DNA of 64,000 nucleotides from Candidatus Binatia bacterium (GTDB lineage Bacteria > Desulfobacterota > Binatia > Bin18): assembly GCA_963666315.2 (NCBI GenBank), contig CAXXHG010000043.1, positions 192,001-256,000 of the forward strand, read 5' to 3'. A model generated the notes under the pieces. It was not told the DNA's origin. It saw only the letters and a program-made list of their open reading frames with translations, and searched no databases. Position numbers and translations under genes: made by a program. Within the stretch, counting starts at the first letter, position 1. Each line of letters starts with the position of its first letter. Of this stretch, positions 48,739 through 57,939 are shown piece by piece.

Positions 48739-49584
48739 TTACGCGAACTGCGAAATATAGCCAGAGTATTTATCAAGCAGTGGCAGCACCGTATCCGCAG
48801 CGGCTGAGGGGACAAAAAAGACCGTCCGATCAAGGCCTAGCTCTTGGAGCTGGCCGAGCGCTTTTTCATCATCCGGCCCGCCAAAAATCGAAACCGGGAT
48901 CTCTTCCTTAGGTCGGCCAGCTTCGTCGGCCAGGTTGTGCAGTTGTTGAATCGCCGCCGGCATGTCCTGCACTGTTCCGCCAACCGGAATCCAGCCGTCA
49001 CAATAGTTGACCACCCGCTTGAGGCCCTTGTCTGACAGGGTACCCAGAATAATCGGCGGATGTGGTTTTTGAACCGGCTTTGGGTGGCTCCAGATCGGAT
49101 CAAAATTAACAAATTCGCCATGATACTCGGCTTCTTCCTCAGTCCAGATCACCTTCATGGCTTCGATCCGTTCACGGCACACCTTCCAGCGTCGATTAAA
49201 CGACGTGCCATGGTTTTCCATCTCTTCAGCGTTCCAACCACCACCGATACCAAAGAGCAGCCGGCCGTTCGAGAGCTGGTCCACAGAAGCAACCTCGTTG
49301 GCCAGCGTGATTGGATCGCGTTCAATAACCAGGCAAATACCGCTTCCGAGCTTGATCGTCTTGGTGACTGCGGCGGCGGCCCCCAGAGACACAAACAGAT
49401 CGTGGGTATGCCAATATTCCTTGGGCAGTTCTCCGCCGGCCGGCCACGGACTCTTGCGGCTGGCTGGGATATGGGTATGTTCGGGAAACCAGATCGACTC
49501 AAAACCACGATCTTCACACTCCTTGGCCAGCGTGTCCGGCCGAATCGCGTAGTCGGTCGCAAACATGGTAATACCGATTTTCAT
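48739..49584 (-). CDS. LLM class F420-dependent oxidoreductase
   Basis: GFESIWFPEHTHIP, GIGGGWNAEE, PKPVQKPHPPI, DGWIP. Confidence 0.92.
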   Translation of the reverse strand: MKIGITMFATDYAIRPDTLAKECEDRGFESIWFPEHTHIPASRKSPWPAGGELPKEYWHTHDLFVSLGAAAAVTKTIKLGSGICLVIERDPITLANEVASVDQLSNGRLLFGIGGGWNAEEMENHGTSFNRRWKVCRERIEAMKVIWTEEEAEYHGEFVNFDPIWSHPKPVQKPHPPIILGTLSDKGLKRVVNYCDGWIPVGGTVQDMPAAIQQLHNLADEAGRPKEEIPVSIFGGPDDEKALGQLQELGLDRTVFFVPSAAADTVLPLLDKYSGYISQFA

Positions 49585-49747
49585 TGCGTCCTCCTTACTT
49601 GGATGGGCATGACTTGGATGTGCATGAGCTCATTTCATGACAGCCGGGGCAAGTTGGGTCAAGCTGGGTCAATGAGGGAAAGGAGAGCGCCGCCCTGTAA
49701 GAGGGCGCCGCCTGCACAGTCCCCCAGGCGGCCTAGCCCAACGACGG

Positions 49748-50124
49748 TCACAGGCTATACATCCGCGCGGCTTCACTCTGAAGTTGGTCTCGAAAATCAG
49801 GATGAGCAACAGCGATCAACTCCTGGAGGAGACCGGGACATAGTCGAGTTTTCCTTGGTGGAGCATGGGGTGCTCGCGGCGGCTGAGATACCACGACTCG
49901 AAGTGGAAGTACTCGTCCTGACCAGGCAGGTTCCAGTCAAACAGAGAGACCAGCGTATTGAGCCGCAGCCCCCGCAGTTCTTCCTTTTTCTCAACCAAAG
50001 CCCGACACAGGGTAAACGGCGTCTCGGTCAGACCAGCCGTAAAGACCCGGTCTGAGGGGTGAATGATTGCGAGCGCTCGGTCCGGACTCACGAGTTTGTC
50101 ACCACACATGGATTGCCAGGTCAT
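49748..50124 (-). pseudogene. Acetyl-CoA hydrolase/transferase remnant with large internal deletion
   Basis: N-terminus ...GKLDYVPVS abuts the family C-terminus QELIAVAHPDFRDQLQSEAARMYSL* in another frame. Confidence 0.8.
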
Positions 50125-50159
50125 GGGGGTTTCCTTACTGCGTACTCCGTACGCCGTTT

Positions 50160-51128
50160 CTACGGAATCAGCACCAACTTGCCGACCGACTGACGCGACT
50201 CCATATGGCGATGCGCCTGAGCCGCCTCAGCGAGCGGGAAGGACTTACCGATGAGCAATTTGAGCTTGTCGTCGTCCATGAGTTGCAACGATTGCTGAAT
50301 GCCTTTTTTATGTACTCCCGGCATGGCCGAGACGGTGTATAAGAGGAATCCACTCACCTTGATTGATTTCTGAAAGAGCGAAAACAAATTCAGCGGGTCA
50401 GGTGCCCCACCAGCACGACCATACACAATCAGATGCCCAAATGGTGCCAGGCAGGTCAGCCCCTTCTCCAACGTCGGCTTACCAACCGCATCCAGAATCA
50501 GGTCAACGCCTTTGCCCTCAGTAAGCTTAAGCGCCTCTTCCGAAAAGTCATGGGTGGCGTAGTTGATGACCTCGTCAGCACCATATTCTTTGACCAGTGC
50601 GGCTTTCTCATCGCTTGAGACTGTCCCAATCACACGCGCGCCGGCGGCTTTCGCGATCTGGACGGCGACAATGCCCACCCCACCAGCCGCAGCGTGTACG
50701 ATGACAGTCTGGTCTGCAGTAATCGCATGCGAGGTGTGCAGCATATGGTAGGCGGTCAGGACCTGTATCGGAAAGGCCGCACCCTCTTCAAAGCTCACTG
50801 AGTCCGGCAAAAGTATAACCTGCTTTGCCGACATCAGGGAATATTCTGCGTAGGTTTTGATGCCAATAGCCGCCACACGATGGCCCGCTTTGATGCCTTG
50901 GACACCCTCACCAACGGCCTCAACAATCCCCGAGGCTTCCAGCCCTGGAATGTCCGGAAATTTGGGCTGCATGACGTATTCGCCTTGGCGGAAAAGCGTA
51001 TCCGCGAAGTTAATGCCAACGGCGTGATTCTTAATCAGCACCTTGCCTGGTCGAACCTCAGGGGTGGGCGCCTCGCCCAATGTCAGCACTTCCGGACCGC
51101 CTAGCTTATCAAACACAACGGCTTTCAT
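50160..51128 (-). CDS. NADPH:quinone oxidoreductase (MDR family)
   Basis: GGPEVL, GINFAD, AAAGGVG, AAQAHRHMESRQSVGK. Confidence 0.93.
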   Translation of the reverse strand: MKAVVFDKLGGPEVLTLGEAPTPEVRPGKVLIKNHAVGINFADTLFRQGEYVMQPKFPDIPGLEASGIVEAVGEGVQGIKAGHRVAAIGIKTYAEYSLMSAKQVILLPDSVSFEEGAAFPIQVLTAYHMLHTSHAITADQTVIVHAAAGGVGIVAVQIAKAAGARVIGTVSSDEKAALVKEYGADEVINYATHDFSEEALKLTEGKGVDLILDAVGKPTLEKGLTCLAPFGHLIVYGRAGGAPDPLNLFSLFQKSIKVSGFLLYTVSAMPGVHKKGIQQSLQLMDDDKLKLLIGKSFPLAEAAQAHRHMESRQSVGKLVLIP

Positions 51129-51364
51129 ATCGCACTCCTTTTGTTGCACGGCTTTGTGAGCCGTTGTACCGCGCGGTTAGGGGTGAGGATAGGGTAGTTT
51201 GGGTGGAGAAGAACAAAAAGAGGCGCCGGTAGACGCAGTGAGCTTGCCGTCTTAGTTCCGTGCCTCCTCTCTACCATAAGCCACCGCCGAAGACTTGGGA
51301 GCTCGATACACCCCCGGGCTCACGCCCGCGGATCTGCTAAGGTACCATTAGACAACACGTACCT

Positions 51365-51478
51365 ATGGCAACTCTTGATGAGGATACAAAAACGCTTTAC
51401 GAGCGCATTGCACGGATAGAAGCCCGCCTCGGACTTGACCCACCCGCAGAGAAAAACCACGAACACATAGGGGCGTGA
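51365..51478 (+). CDS. Possible 37-aa coiled-coil peptide
   Basis: MATLDEDTKTLYERIARIEARLGLDPPAEKNHEHIGA; amphipathic pattern only. Confidence 0.3.
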   Translation: MATLDEDTKTLYERIARIEARLGLDPPAEKNHEHIGA

Positions 51479-51494
51479 CACCAGAAAACCCCAA

Positions 51495-52160
51495 TTGCTC
51501 ATTACAGTACATATCGGGGAGGAAGCTCCCAATTTTACGGTGGAGACGACACAAGGAACGATGAATTTTCACGAGTGGATTGGGGATGGCTGGGCTATAT
51601 TGTTTTCCCACCCCAAGGATTTCACGCCGGTTTGTACCACTGAGCTCGGCTATATGGCTGGCCTCAAGCCGGAATTTGAGAAGCGTAACTGTTAGGTTAT
51701 CGGGCTGAGCATTGACCCCGTATCCGACCACACGGAATGGGTAAAAGATATCGAAGAGACTCAGGGCAATGCCGTAACCTATCCGCTGATTGGCGATACG
51801 GATCTCACCGTTGCCACGCTATACGACATGATCCACCCGAACGCGAGTGGGACAGCGCAGGGGCGTAGGGCGGTAGATAATGCAACGGTGCGCTCGGTCT
51901 TTGTTGTCGGTCCGGACAAGAAGATCAAACTCATCATCACCTATCCGATGAGCACGGGGCGGAACTTCGATGAAGTCCTGCGTGTGCTGGATTCCTGCCA
52001 GTTGACGGCACAGCACAAAGTCGCGACGCCGGTGAACTGGAAGCAGAGCGACGATGTGATCATCGTGCCTTCCGTTTCCGACGCCGAGGCGAAGGACAAA
52101 TATCCCGGGGGCTAGAAAGCACCAAAGCCGTACCTGCGGATTGTGCCGCAGCCGCATTAA
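51495..52160 (+). pseudogene. 1-Cys peroxiredoxin (Prx6) with two in-frame TAG stops
   Basis: FSHPKDFTPVCTTE, TGRNFDE, PYLRIVPQP; TAG at 51693 and 52113; no ATG at the expected start. Confidence 0.9.
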
Positions 52161-52361
52161 CGGTACTGACTACTGGCGTGGACCAGGGGGGCGGGCGGTA
52201 AGCCATCCCTTCCTTTTTACGAGAAAATTCTACTAGAAGCGTATGGCTAATCCCTGATTTTCGCCGCGGTTGAGCCACCTCCTGTAGCACCGTATCGAAA
52301 CCGCACCTCTCTGTTGAAATGCGCCCGCTGGTCCGGGACGCTCCATGTAACCAACTGAGCG

Positions 52362-53369
52362 CGCGGGACGCGGGACGGGAATGTCGGACCGGGTGGCGCA
52401 ACTGCCCACACTCGAGGAACGCATGGATGATGTCCGGGCGGTGATGGACGCGGCCGGCTCGGACCGCTTCTCTCGTTCTGTACGGGACGAGTGCGCGGTT
52501 CGCGTTGGACCCTGAGTGTCCGTGGGGCCTCACGGCCGCCCAAAATGAAAAATTCCTCCAACATATCGAAGAGGGATGGGGCCAAGGTGTTTCTGCGAAG
52601 GTTTTCGCGCGCAGTCGCGCAAACGACGAGGAGTTTGTCAAGTCGTGGGGGCGTTTCGAGCGTCTGTGCGTCAGCCCGGTTGTCCGGGTTCCCACACTAG
52701 TCGTGAGCCGGACGGGGGATCGGGCGGTCCCGGTGGAAGGCGGCCGGTACCTGACCGAGCATATTGGCGGAGCGAGTTTCGTTGAACTGCCGGGTGACGA
52801 CCACTTCCCCTGGATCGGAGATGTGGTTGCGCTGCTGGGCGAGGTCGAGGACTTTTCTCACGGGCGTCCGCCGCGGGCCGGATATTGATCGGGTGCTGGC
52901 CACGGTGCTGTTCACGGATATTGTCCGCTCGACCGAGCGGGCCGCTGAGCTCGGAGACCTGCAGTGGCGGGACCTGCTGGAACGCCACCATCGCGTGGTC
53001 CGGAGAGAATTGAGCCGCTTTCGCGGCCAGGAGATCGACACGGCTGGCGATGGCTTCTTTGCGACGTTTGACGGCCCGGCGCGGGGTGTCCGGTGCGCCC
53101 GCGCCATCTGCACTGCGGTCACGAGCCTGGGGCTCACGATTCGTGCCGGCCTCCACACTGGGGAATGTGAAGTGATAGGCGAGAAGGTCAGTGGGCTGGC
53201 CATCCATATTGGCGCGCGGGTGGTGGGAGAGGCGGCTCCGAGTGAGGTGCTCGTGTCCAATACGGTGAAAGATCTCGTGGTGGGGTCTGGTCGCCAGTTC
53301 ACCGATCGTGGGGTCCATGAGCTGAACGGCGTCCCTGGAGAGTGGCATCTCTTCGCCACAAAAGGCTGA
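52362..53369 (+). pseudogene. Alpha/beta-hydrolase-adenylate cyclase fusion (LipJ/Rv1900c-like), degraded
   Basis: Fragments RGTGMSDR...TLEERMDDVRAVMDA, VPTLV...LPGDDH, then TVLFTDIV, GDGFF, GLHTGE, AIHIGARV. Deletions are present, plus a +1 T at 52853-52856. Confidence 0.85.
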
Positions 53370-53841
53370 GCGACTCAGCGAAGAGAACAACGCCTTTCTC
53401 CCTCCGCGATGGGGGGTGGATGATCGCTTTACTCCGTCGGCCCCTTACCGCTCCGTTCTGTCCATTTACCGTTGAACGGGTATTTACACAAGCCCACCCA
53501 ACATGCGGCGAACATTCAAGAGCCTTTGTCCAGCCCATTGGGTCGGTGCCGGTATGAAAATTTGAAGAGGAAAAATTCAGCGCCTGAAGAACTGGACCAG
53601 CCACGCCGGGTTGCGTTCGTGCGATGTCGGCCAAATATGGAAGCCGAATTTCCACAGCTCAAATGCGACCAAGACAACCTACCGAAAGCGCTAACGCTCA
53701 ACTGAAATTTTCTTTCCTAACAATTTAATTCCACTACTTTGTTGAGCAGAGCTACCAGCCAAGCTACCAATAAACTACCAACAAAGGATACCCCTTTGTG
53801 GCAAGAAACTAGGGAAGACCAAAACGAAAATAGGAGGGACG

Positions 53842-55242
53842 ATGACACAGGACGATGTGTGTTTTACCTCAGCAGTCGATCTTGCCGCGCTGATTCGGGA
53901 CAAAGATATCTCTCCGGTCGAAGTCACTGTGGCGTTTCTGTCACGCATTGAGCAGATCAATTCGCAGCTCACGGCTTATGTGACGGTGACAGCCGACCTC
54001 GCCCCTCAGGCAGCAAAAAAAGCAGAAGGCGCCGTCATGACGGGCGTTCCCCTCGGCCCGCTGCATGGGGTCCCGTTTTCGGTCAAAGACCTTATCTGGA
54101 CCAAAGACGTCAGAACGACTGCCGGCGCGCTCGTATATCGAGACTTTATCCCCGACGTAGATTCCATTGTTGTCTCCCGGCTGAAGGCGGCCGGCGGCAT
54201 TCTTTTGGGTAAAACCAATACTCCAGAGTTTGGCTATAAAGGCACAACTGAGAATCAAGTCTTTGCCGATACGCGAAATCCATGGGCGCTTGAACGAATG
54301 CCCGGCGGCTCCAGCGGCGGGGCTGGAGCCGCAACAGCCGCTGGACTTTCTCCTCTTTCCGTGGGGACTGATGGTGGGGGTTCGATCCGGATTCCGTCGA
54401 GCTTTAGTGGGATTTACGGTCTCAAGCCAACGTTTGGCCGGGTTCCCAGCGGGCCGGGGTTCGGTGGTTGGACATCGATATCACATACCGGTCCAATGAC
54501 GCGCACGGTTGCCGACGCCGCGCTCATGCTGGATGTGATTGCGCTGCCTGACGAGGCAGATAGATCGAGCATTCCCCAAGCGCCCGAGCCCTATTTCCAA
54601 GCGATTCAAACTCTGCCTCGCCAGCTCCGTATTGGCTGGACGCGGGACCTGGGGTATGCAGCGGTTGATCCACAGGTTGCCCAGGCCGTGGAACAGGCTG
54701 TTCTTGCCTTTCAAGACATGGGTTGGGAAGTTGAAGCGGCCCATCCAGGTTTTGATGATCCGACACCAATTTTCAACACAACCATCCGGGCTGAGAATTA
54801 CATGCTCGCAGGTGATCTCTTGTCCAAGCATGCCGATCTACTCGACCCTGGTATGCGGTCATTTACCCAGTCAGGTAGGGGTATTACTGCACTTGATTAT
54901 CTACGCAGCCATCAAAAGCGTGCGAAGCTGAGCCAACAATTGGCCACATTTTTTGACAGCTACGATCTGTTAGTCAGCCCGACTCTTGCCGTGCCGCCAT
55001 TCGTTATTGATACACGTCCGCAAGAGATCGGCGGACAGCCCGCCCAGCCTATGGGCTGGAATGCGTTTACCTATCCGTTTAATCTAACTGGCAATCCAGC
55101 CGCGAGCATTCCGTGTGGCTGGACGGCAGATGGACTCCCAATCGGTTTGCAAATCGTTGGTCGGCGGGTTGCCGATGCGCTAGTCTTGCAGGCCAGTGCA
55201 GCTTTTGAACGAGCGAGACCATGGCCGACCGGAGACCGCTGA
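53842..55242 (+). CDS. Amidase signature family protein
   Basis: PFSVKD, GGSSGG, GTDGGGSIRIP. Confidence 0.93.
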   Translation: MTQDDVCFTSAVDLAALIRDKDISPVEVTVAFLSRIEQINSQLTAYVTVTADLAPQAAKKAEGAVMTGVPLGPLHGVPFSVKDLIWTKDVRTTAGALVYRDFIPDVDSIVVSRLKAAGGILLGKTNTPEFGYKGTTENQVFADTRNPWALERMPGGSSGGAGAATAAGLSPLSVGTDGGGSIRIPSSFSGIYGLKPTFGRVPSGPGFGGWTSISHTGPMTRTVADAALMLDVIALPDEADRSSIPQAPEPYFQAIQTLPRQLRIGWTRDLGYAAVDPQVAQAVEQAVLAFQDMGWEVEAAHPGFDDPTPIFNTTIRAENYMLAGDLLSKHADLLDPGMRSFTQSGRGITALDYLRSHQKRAKLSQQLATFFDSYDLLVSPTLAVPPFVIDTRPQEIGGQPAQPMGWNAFTYPFNLTGNPAASIPCGWTADGLPIGLQIVGRRVADALVLQASAAFERARPWPTGDR

Positions 55243-55267
55243 TGCAGTAAGAAAAGGAGGAAAAACG

Positions 55268-56929
55268 ATGGGTACTGTTCGAGGAGAAGAACTGATTGCG
55301 CAAAGTTTCCAACGGGAAAACGTGGATACGTTTTTCTTTATGATGGGCGGCCCGACGAGCGGCACGGCAGCAGCCTGCCTTGATCTTGGTATGCGCGGCA
55401 TCTACGTCCGGCATGAACAAGCTGCGGCCATGATGGCCCATGCTTACGCGCGGGTAACAGGAAAACCGGGCATTTGTATCACCCCGTCCGGGCCGGGGAC
55501 AGCCAACGCCGTCACAGGGCTGGCGAACGCCTGGGCCGATGCAACCCCGATTATATCCATTGGTGGATCTGCTCCCATGCGGGCAACACTCCTGGATTCA
55601 TTTCAGGAGATGGACCAAGTCGCCATGATGAAACCGGTTGTGAAGGCCGCCTACCGCATTGATATGGCCCGTCGTGTTCCGGAGTATGTCAGCCTTGCCT
55701 TCCGTGAGGCTATGAATGGGAAGAAGGGGCCCGTCTACCTGGATTTACCGGGTGATATTCTGGCCGAAAAAGTCGATGCCGAAAAAATCTATTGGCCCGA
55801 AAATTATCGAGTCGAAAGCCGACCGGCTGGAGACCCGGCGCTCATCAAACAGAGCATTGAGCTGCTGGCTCAGGCCGAGAAACCCTTAGTTGTAACCGGC
55901 AGTGGGATACTCTGGTCCGGTGCGAATGCGGAGCTGCGTCAGTTTGTTGAAACAACCGGCATCCCCTTTTTCACCACGCCTCAAGGCCGGGGTGTCATTC
56001 CTGAAGATCACGCCTACGCTTTCCCTGCGGCCCGGTCGATGGCGTTTCGCGAGGCTGACGTCGTGCTGGTCATAGGCGCCCGGGCGAATTCCATGCTGTC
56101 GTTTCTGCGCGCTCCGCGTTTTTCTCCCAACGCGAAATTCATCAACGTCAACCTGGACGGCAGAGAGATCGGGCACAACCAGGGAATTGCCGTCGGCATC
56201 ATCGGCGACGCCAAACTTGTCTTGCAGCAGTTGACCGACGAGGCGAGCGGGAAATTCGACCCCAGCCAGGAGACGACCTGGGTCGCCCAGCTTGCCGTCA
56301 AGCAGCGCACCAATAGGGAACGCTCAGCCCCGCTCCTCCACTCAGACGCCACTCCGATACATCCGCTGCGTCTCTGCAATGAGGTGAAAGAGACGATCAG
56401 CCGCGATACCATTTTGGTGGTGGATGGGCATGAAATCCTGAACTTCGCCCGTCAGTCCATTCCGGTGTATGAGGCGGGAACCAATCTCAATGCCGGGCCA
56501 CACGGCTGTATGGGGATAGGAGTGCCCTTTGGTATTGGTGCCAAGGTTGCGTGTCCGGATAAACCCGTCTTAGTGCTGTCTGGTGATGGAGCATTTGGCT
56601 GGAACGGCATGGAGATGGATTCGGCCATTCGGCATGACATCCCTATTGTCGTTGTGGTCTCAAACAACGGCGGCTTCACATCGCGTCAGACCGGCTATAT
56701 GACTGCTGGGGACAGGGAAGGGCGGCAGAACGTCGGTCGCGATCTCGGTCATCAGCGCTATGACAAGATGGTCGAAGCACTGGGCGGCTACGGCGAGTAT
56801 GTCGAGAACCCAGACGACATCAAAGCCGCGATTGAGCGCGCGTTTGCCAGTGGCAAGCCGGCCTTGGTGAATGTCTGTACCGACCCGGACGCCCAGGCCA
56901 CAACCGATATGGGATTTAGCGGGTACTAA
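55268..56929 (+). CDS. ThDP-dependent enzyme, 2-hydroxyacyl-CoA lyase/oxalyl-CoA decarboxylase-like
   Basis: RHEQAA, SGPGTAN, FQEMDQ, GDGAFG...NN; SD AGGAGG. Confidence 0.88.
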   Translation: MGTVRGEELIAQSFQRENVDTFFFMMGGPTSGTAAACLDLGMRGIYVRHEQAAAMMAHAYARVTGKPGICITPSGPGTANAVTGLANAWADATPIISIGGSAPMRATLLDSFQEMDQVAMMKPVVKAAYRIDMARRVPEYVSLAFREAMNGKKGPVYLDLPGDILAEKVDAEKIYWPENYRVESRPAGDPALIKQSIELLAQAEKPLVVTGSGILWSGANAELRQFVETTGIPFFTTPQGRGVIPEDHAYAFPAARSMAFREADVVLVIGARANSMLSFLRAPRFSPNAKFINVNLDGREIGHNQGIAVGIIGDAKLVLQQLTDEASGKFDPSQETTWVAQLAVKQRTNRERSAPLLHSDATPIHPLRLCNEVKETISRDTILVVDGHEILNFARQSIPVYEAGTNLNAGPHGCMGIGVPFGIGAKVACPDKPVLVLSGDGAFGWNGMEMDSAIRHDIPIVVVVSNNGGFTSRQTGYMTAGDREGRQNVGRDLGHQRYDKMVEALGGYGEYVENPDDIKAAIERAFASGKPALVNVCTDPDAQATTDMGFSGY

Positions 56930-56949
56930 AAACAAAGAGACGCAGAGAC

Positions 56950-56989
56950 GGGGAGCCGGAAACAAGAGATTACTCTTCTCCGGCTCTCC
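56950..56989 (+). terminator. Hairpin after the ThDP enzyme gene
   Basis: GGGGAGCCGGA...TCCGGCTCTCC. Confidence 0.45.
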
Positions 56990-57156
56990 TCCTCTTCGTG
57001 AAAGTGTAGCCAAAAAGCCTATTCTGGGCGTCTCCAGGCTGCACGGGCAGGGCAAATGATACCCAAGACTCTGGCAGAGGAGTGATACCTCATGGTATTC
57101 TCTTTTTCCTGCTATCCAGTCAAGTTCTCCAAGACGGTTCTGGAAAGGAACGGGGT

Positions 57157-57531
57157 ATGAAAAAAACACGGTGGTTCTCCCTGACTCTGATCATTCTTCT
57201 TGCCACGGCATGCGGTTCTGCCAAAACGCCAACTATTTCGATCCCATTTTTGAGTGCAAAACCCAAGACCGCGCCTATTCTCGCCAAACGTATGGAATTC
57301 TCTCGGTTCGAGTTGGACTGGGACGGCATGACACCGCTTGCCAGCCGCCCTAAGGAGGAGGTGAGAGAAAACCTGTTAACTAGTATTGAAAACGAATGTC
57401 CAAACTACCAGGTCGTGAACGAGGGCGAAAAGTCCGAAGAGAAGGCGGTGAACACGACAGCCTCGCAGCACAACGCTAAAATCATTCACAAGTATTACTG
57501 GATTCGGTATCGATGCGCAGGCAGCGGGTGA
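57157..57531 (+). CDS. Hypothetical lipoprotein
   Basis: MKKTRWFSLTLIILLATAC lipobox. Confidence 0.7.
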   Translation: MKKTRWFSLTLIILLATACGSAKTPTISIPFLSAKPKTAPILAKRMEFSRFELDWDGMTPLASRPKEEVRENLLTSIENECPNYQVVNEGEKSEEKAVNTTASQHNAKIIHKYYWIRYRCAGSG

Positions 57532-57575
57532 TTGTGTTGTAATGTCGTGAGGAATTTGCTTTGTAGAGAGAAGTA

Positions 57576-57604
57576 TTCACACACGGGAAGGGGAGGTGTC
57601 ATAT
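57576..57604 (+). promoter_or_regulatory. Second copy of the TTCACACA-N12-GTGTCWTAT motif
   Basis: TTCACACA-cgggaaggggag-GTGTCATAT, about 53 nt upstream of the gene at 57658. Confidence 0.45.
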
Positions 57605-57657
57605 GGCATCTGTTAGCCCCCAATATTCCAAGATTTTTGGATTAAGAGAGGAAAACG

Positions 57658-57897
57658 ATGCGCGCTATTTTTGTGATGATGAAGGTCGAACCAGGCACCC
57701 TGGCCGAGGTAGCAGATCGCGTCACCGATTTAGAGAGCTTCTCCGAAGCATATTCAATATCCGGAGCCTATGATCTGCTGGTCAAGCTGTATGTTGACGA
57801 CTTTGAAGATCTGTCTCACTTAGTGACCGATAAAATCCAGAAAATCCCCCACGTTCGAGAGACCTTTACCATCCTCACCTTCCACGCCTTCAAGTAA
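57658..57897 (+). CDS. Standalone Lrp/AsnC ligand-binding (RAM) domain protein
   Basis: YSISGAYDLLVK...IQKIPHVRETFT; no HTH. Confidence 0.88.
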   Translation: MRAIFVMMKVEPGTLAEVADRVTDLESFSEAYSISGAYDLLVKLYVDDFEDLSHLVTDKIQKIPHVRETFTILTFHAFK

Positions 57898-57939
57898 AAC
57901 TGTGCGCTGCAGTTCCGGTTTGTCGGTTTGTCAATTTGT

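Noticed and set aside
49597-49672. Short tandem repeats upstream of the LLM gene (15-mer x2, 10-mer x2)
   Set aside because: Only two imperfect copies each; slippage cannot be told apart from operator sites.
51693-52115. Genetic-code reassignment or pyrrolysine at TAG
   Set aside because: TAG ends many normal genes here (for example 31056, 32529, 33627), the two sites correspond to different residues, and other pseudogenes have TAA stops.
55196-55267. Amidase/ThDP-enzyme overlap or fusion
   Set aside because: A strong SD supports ATG 55268. At most a single missing G near 55222 alters the last few amidase residues.
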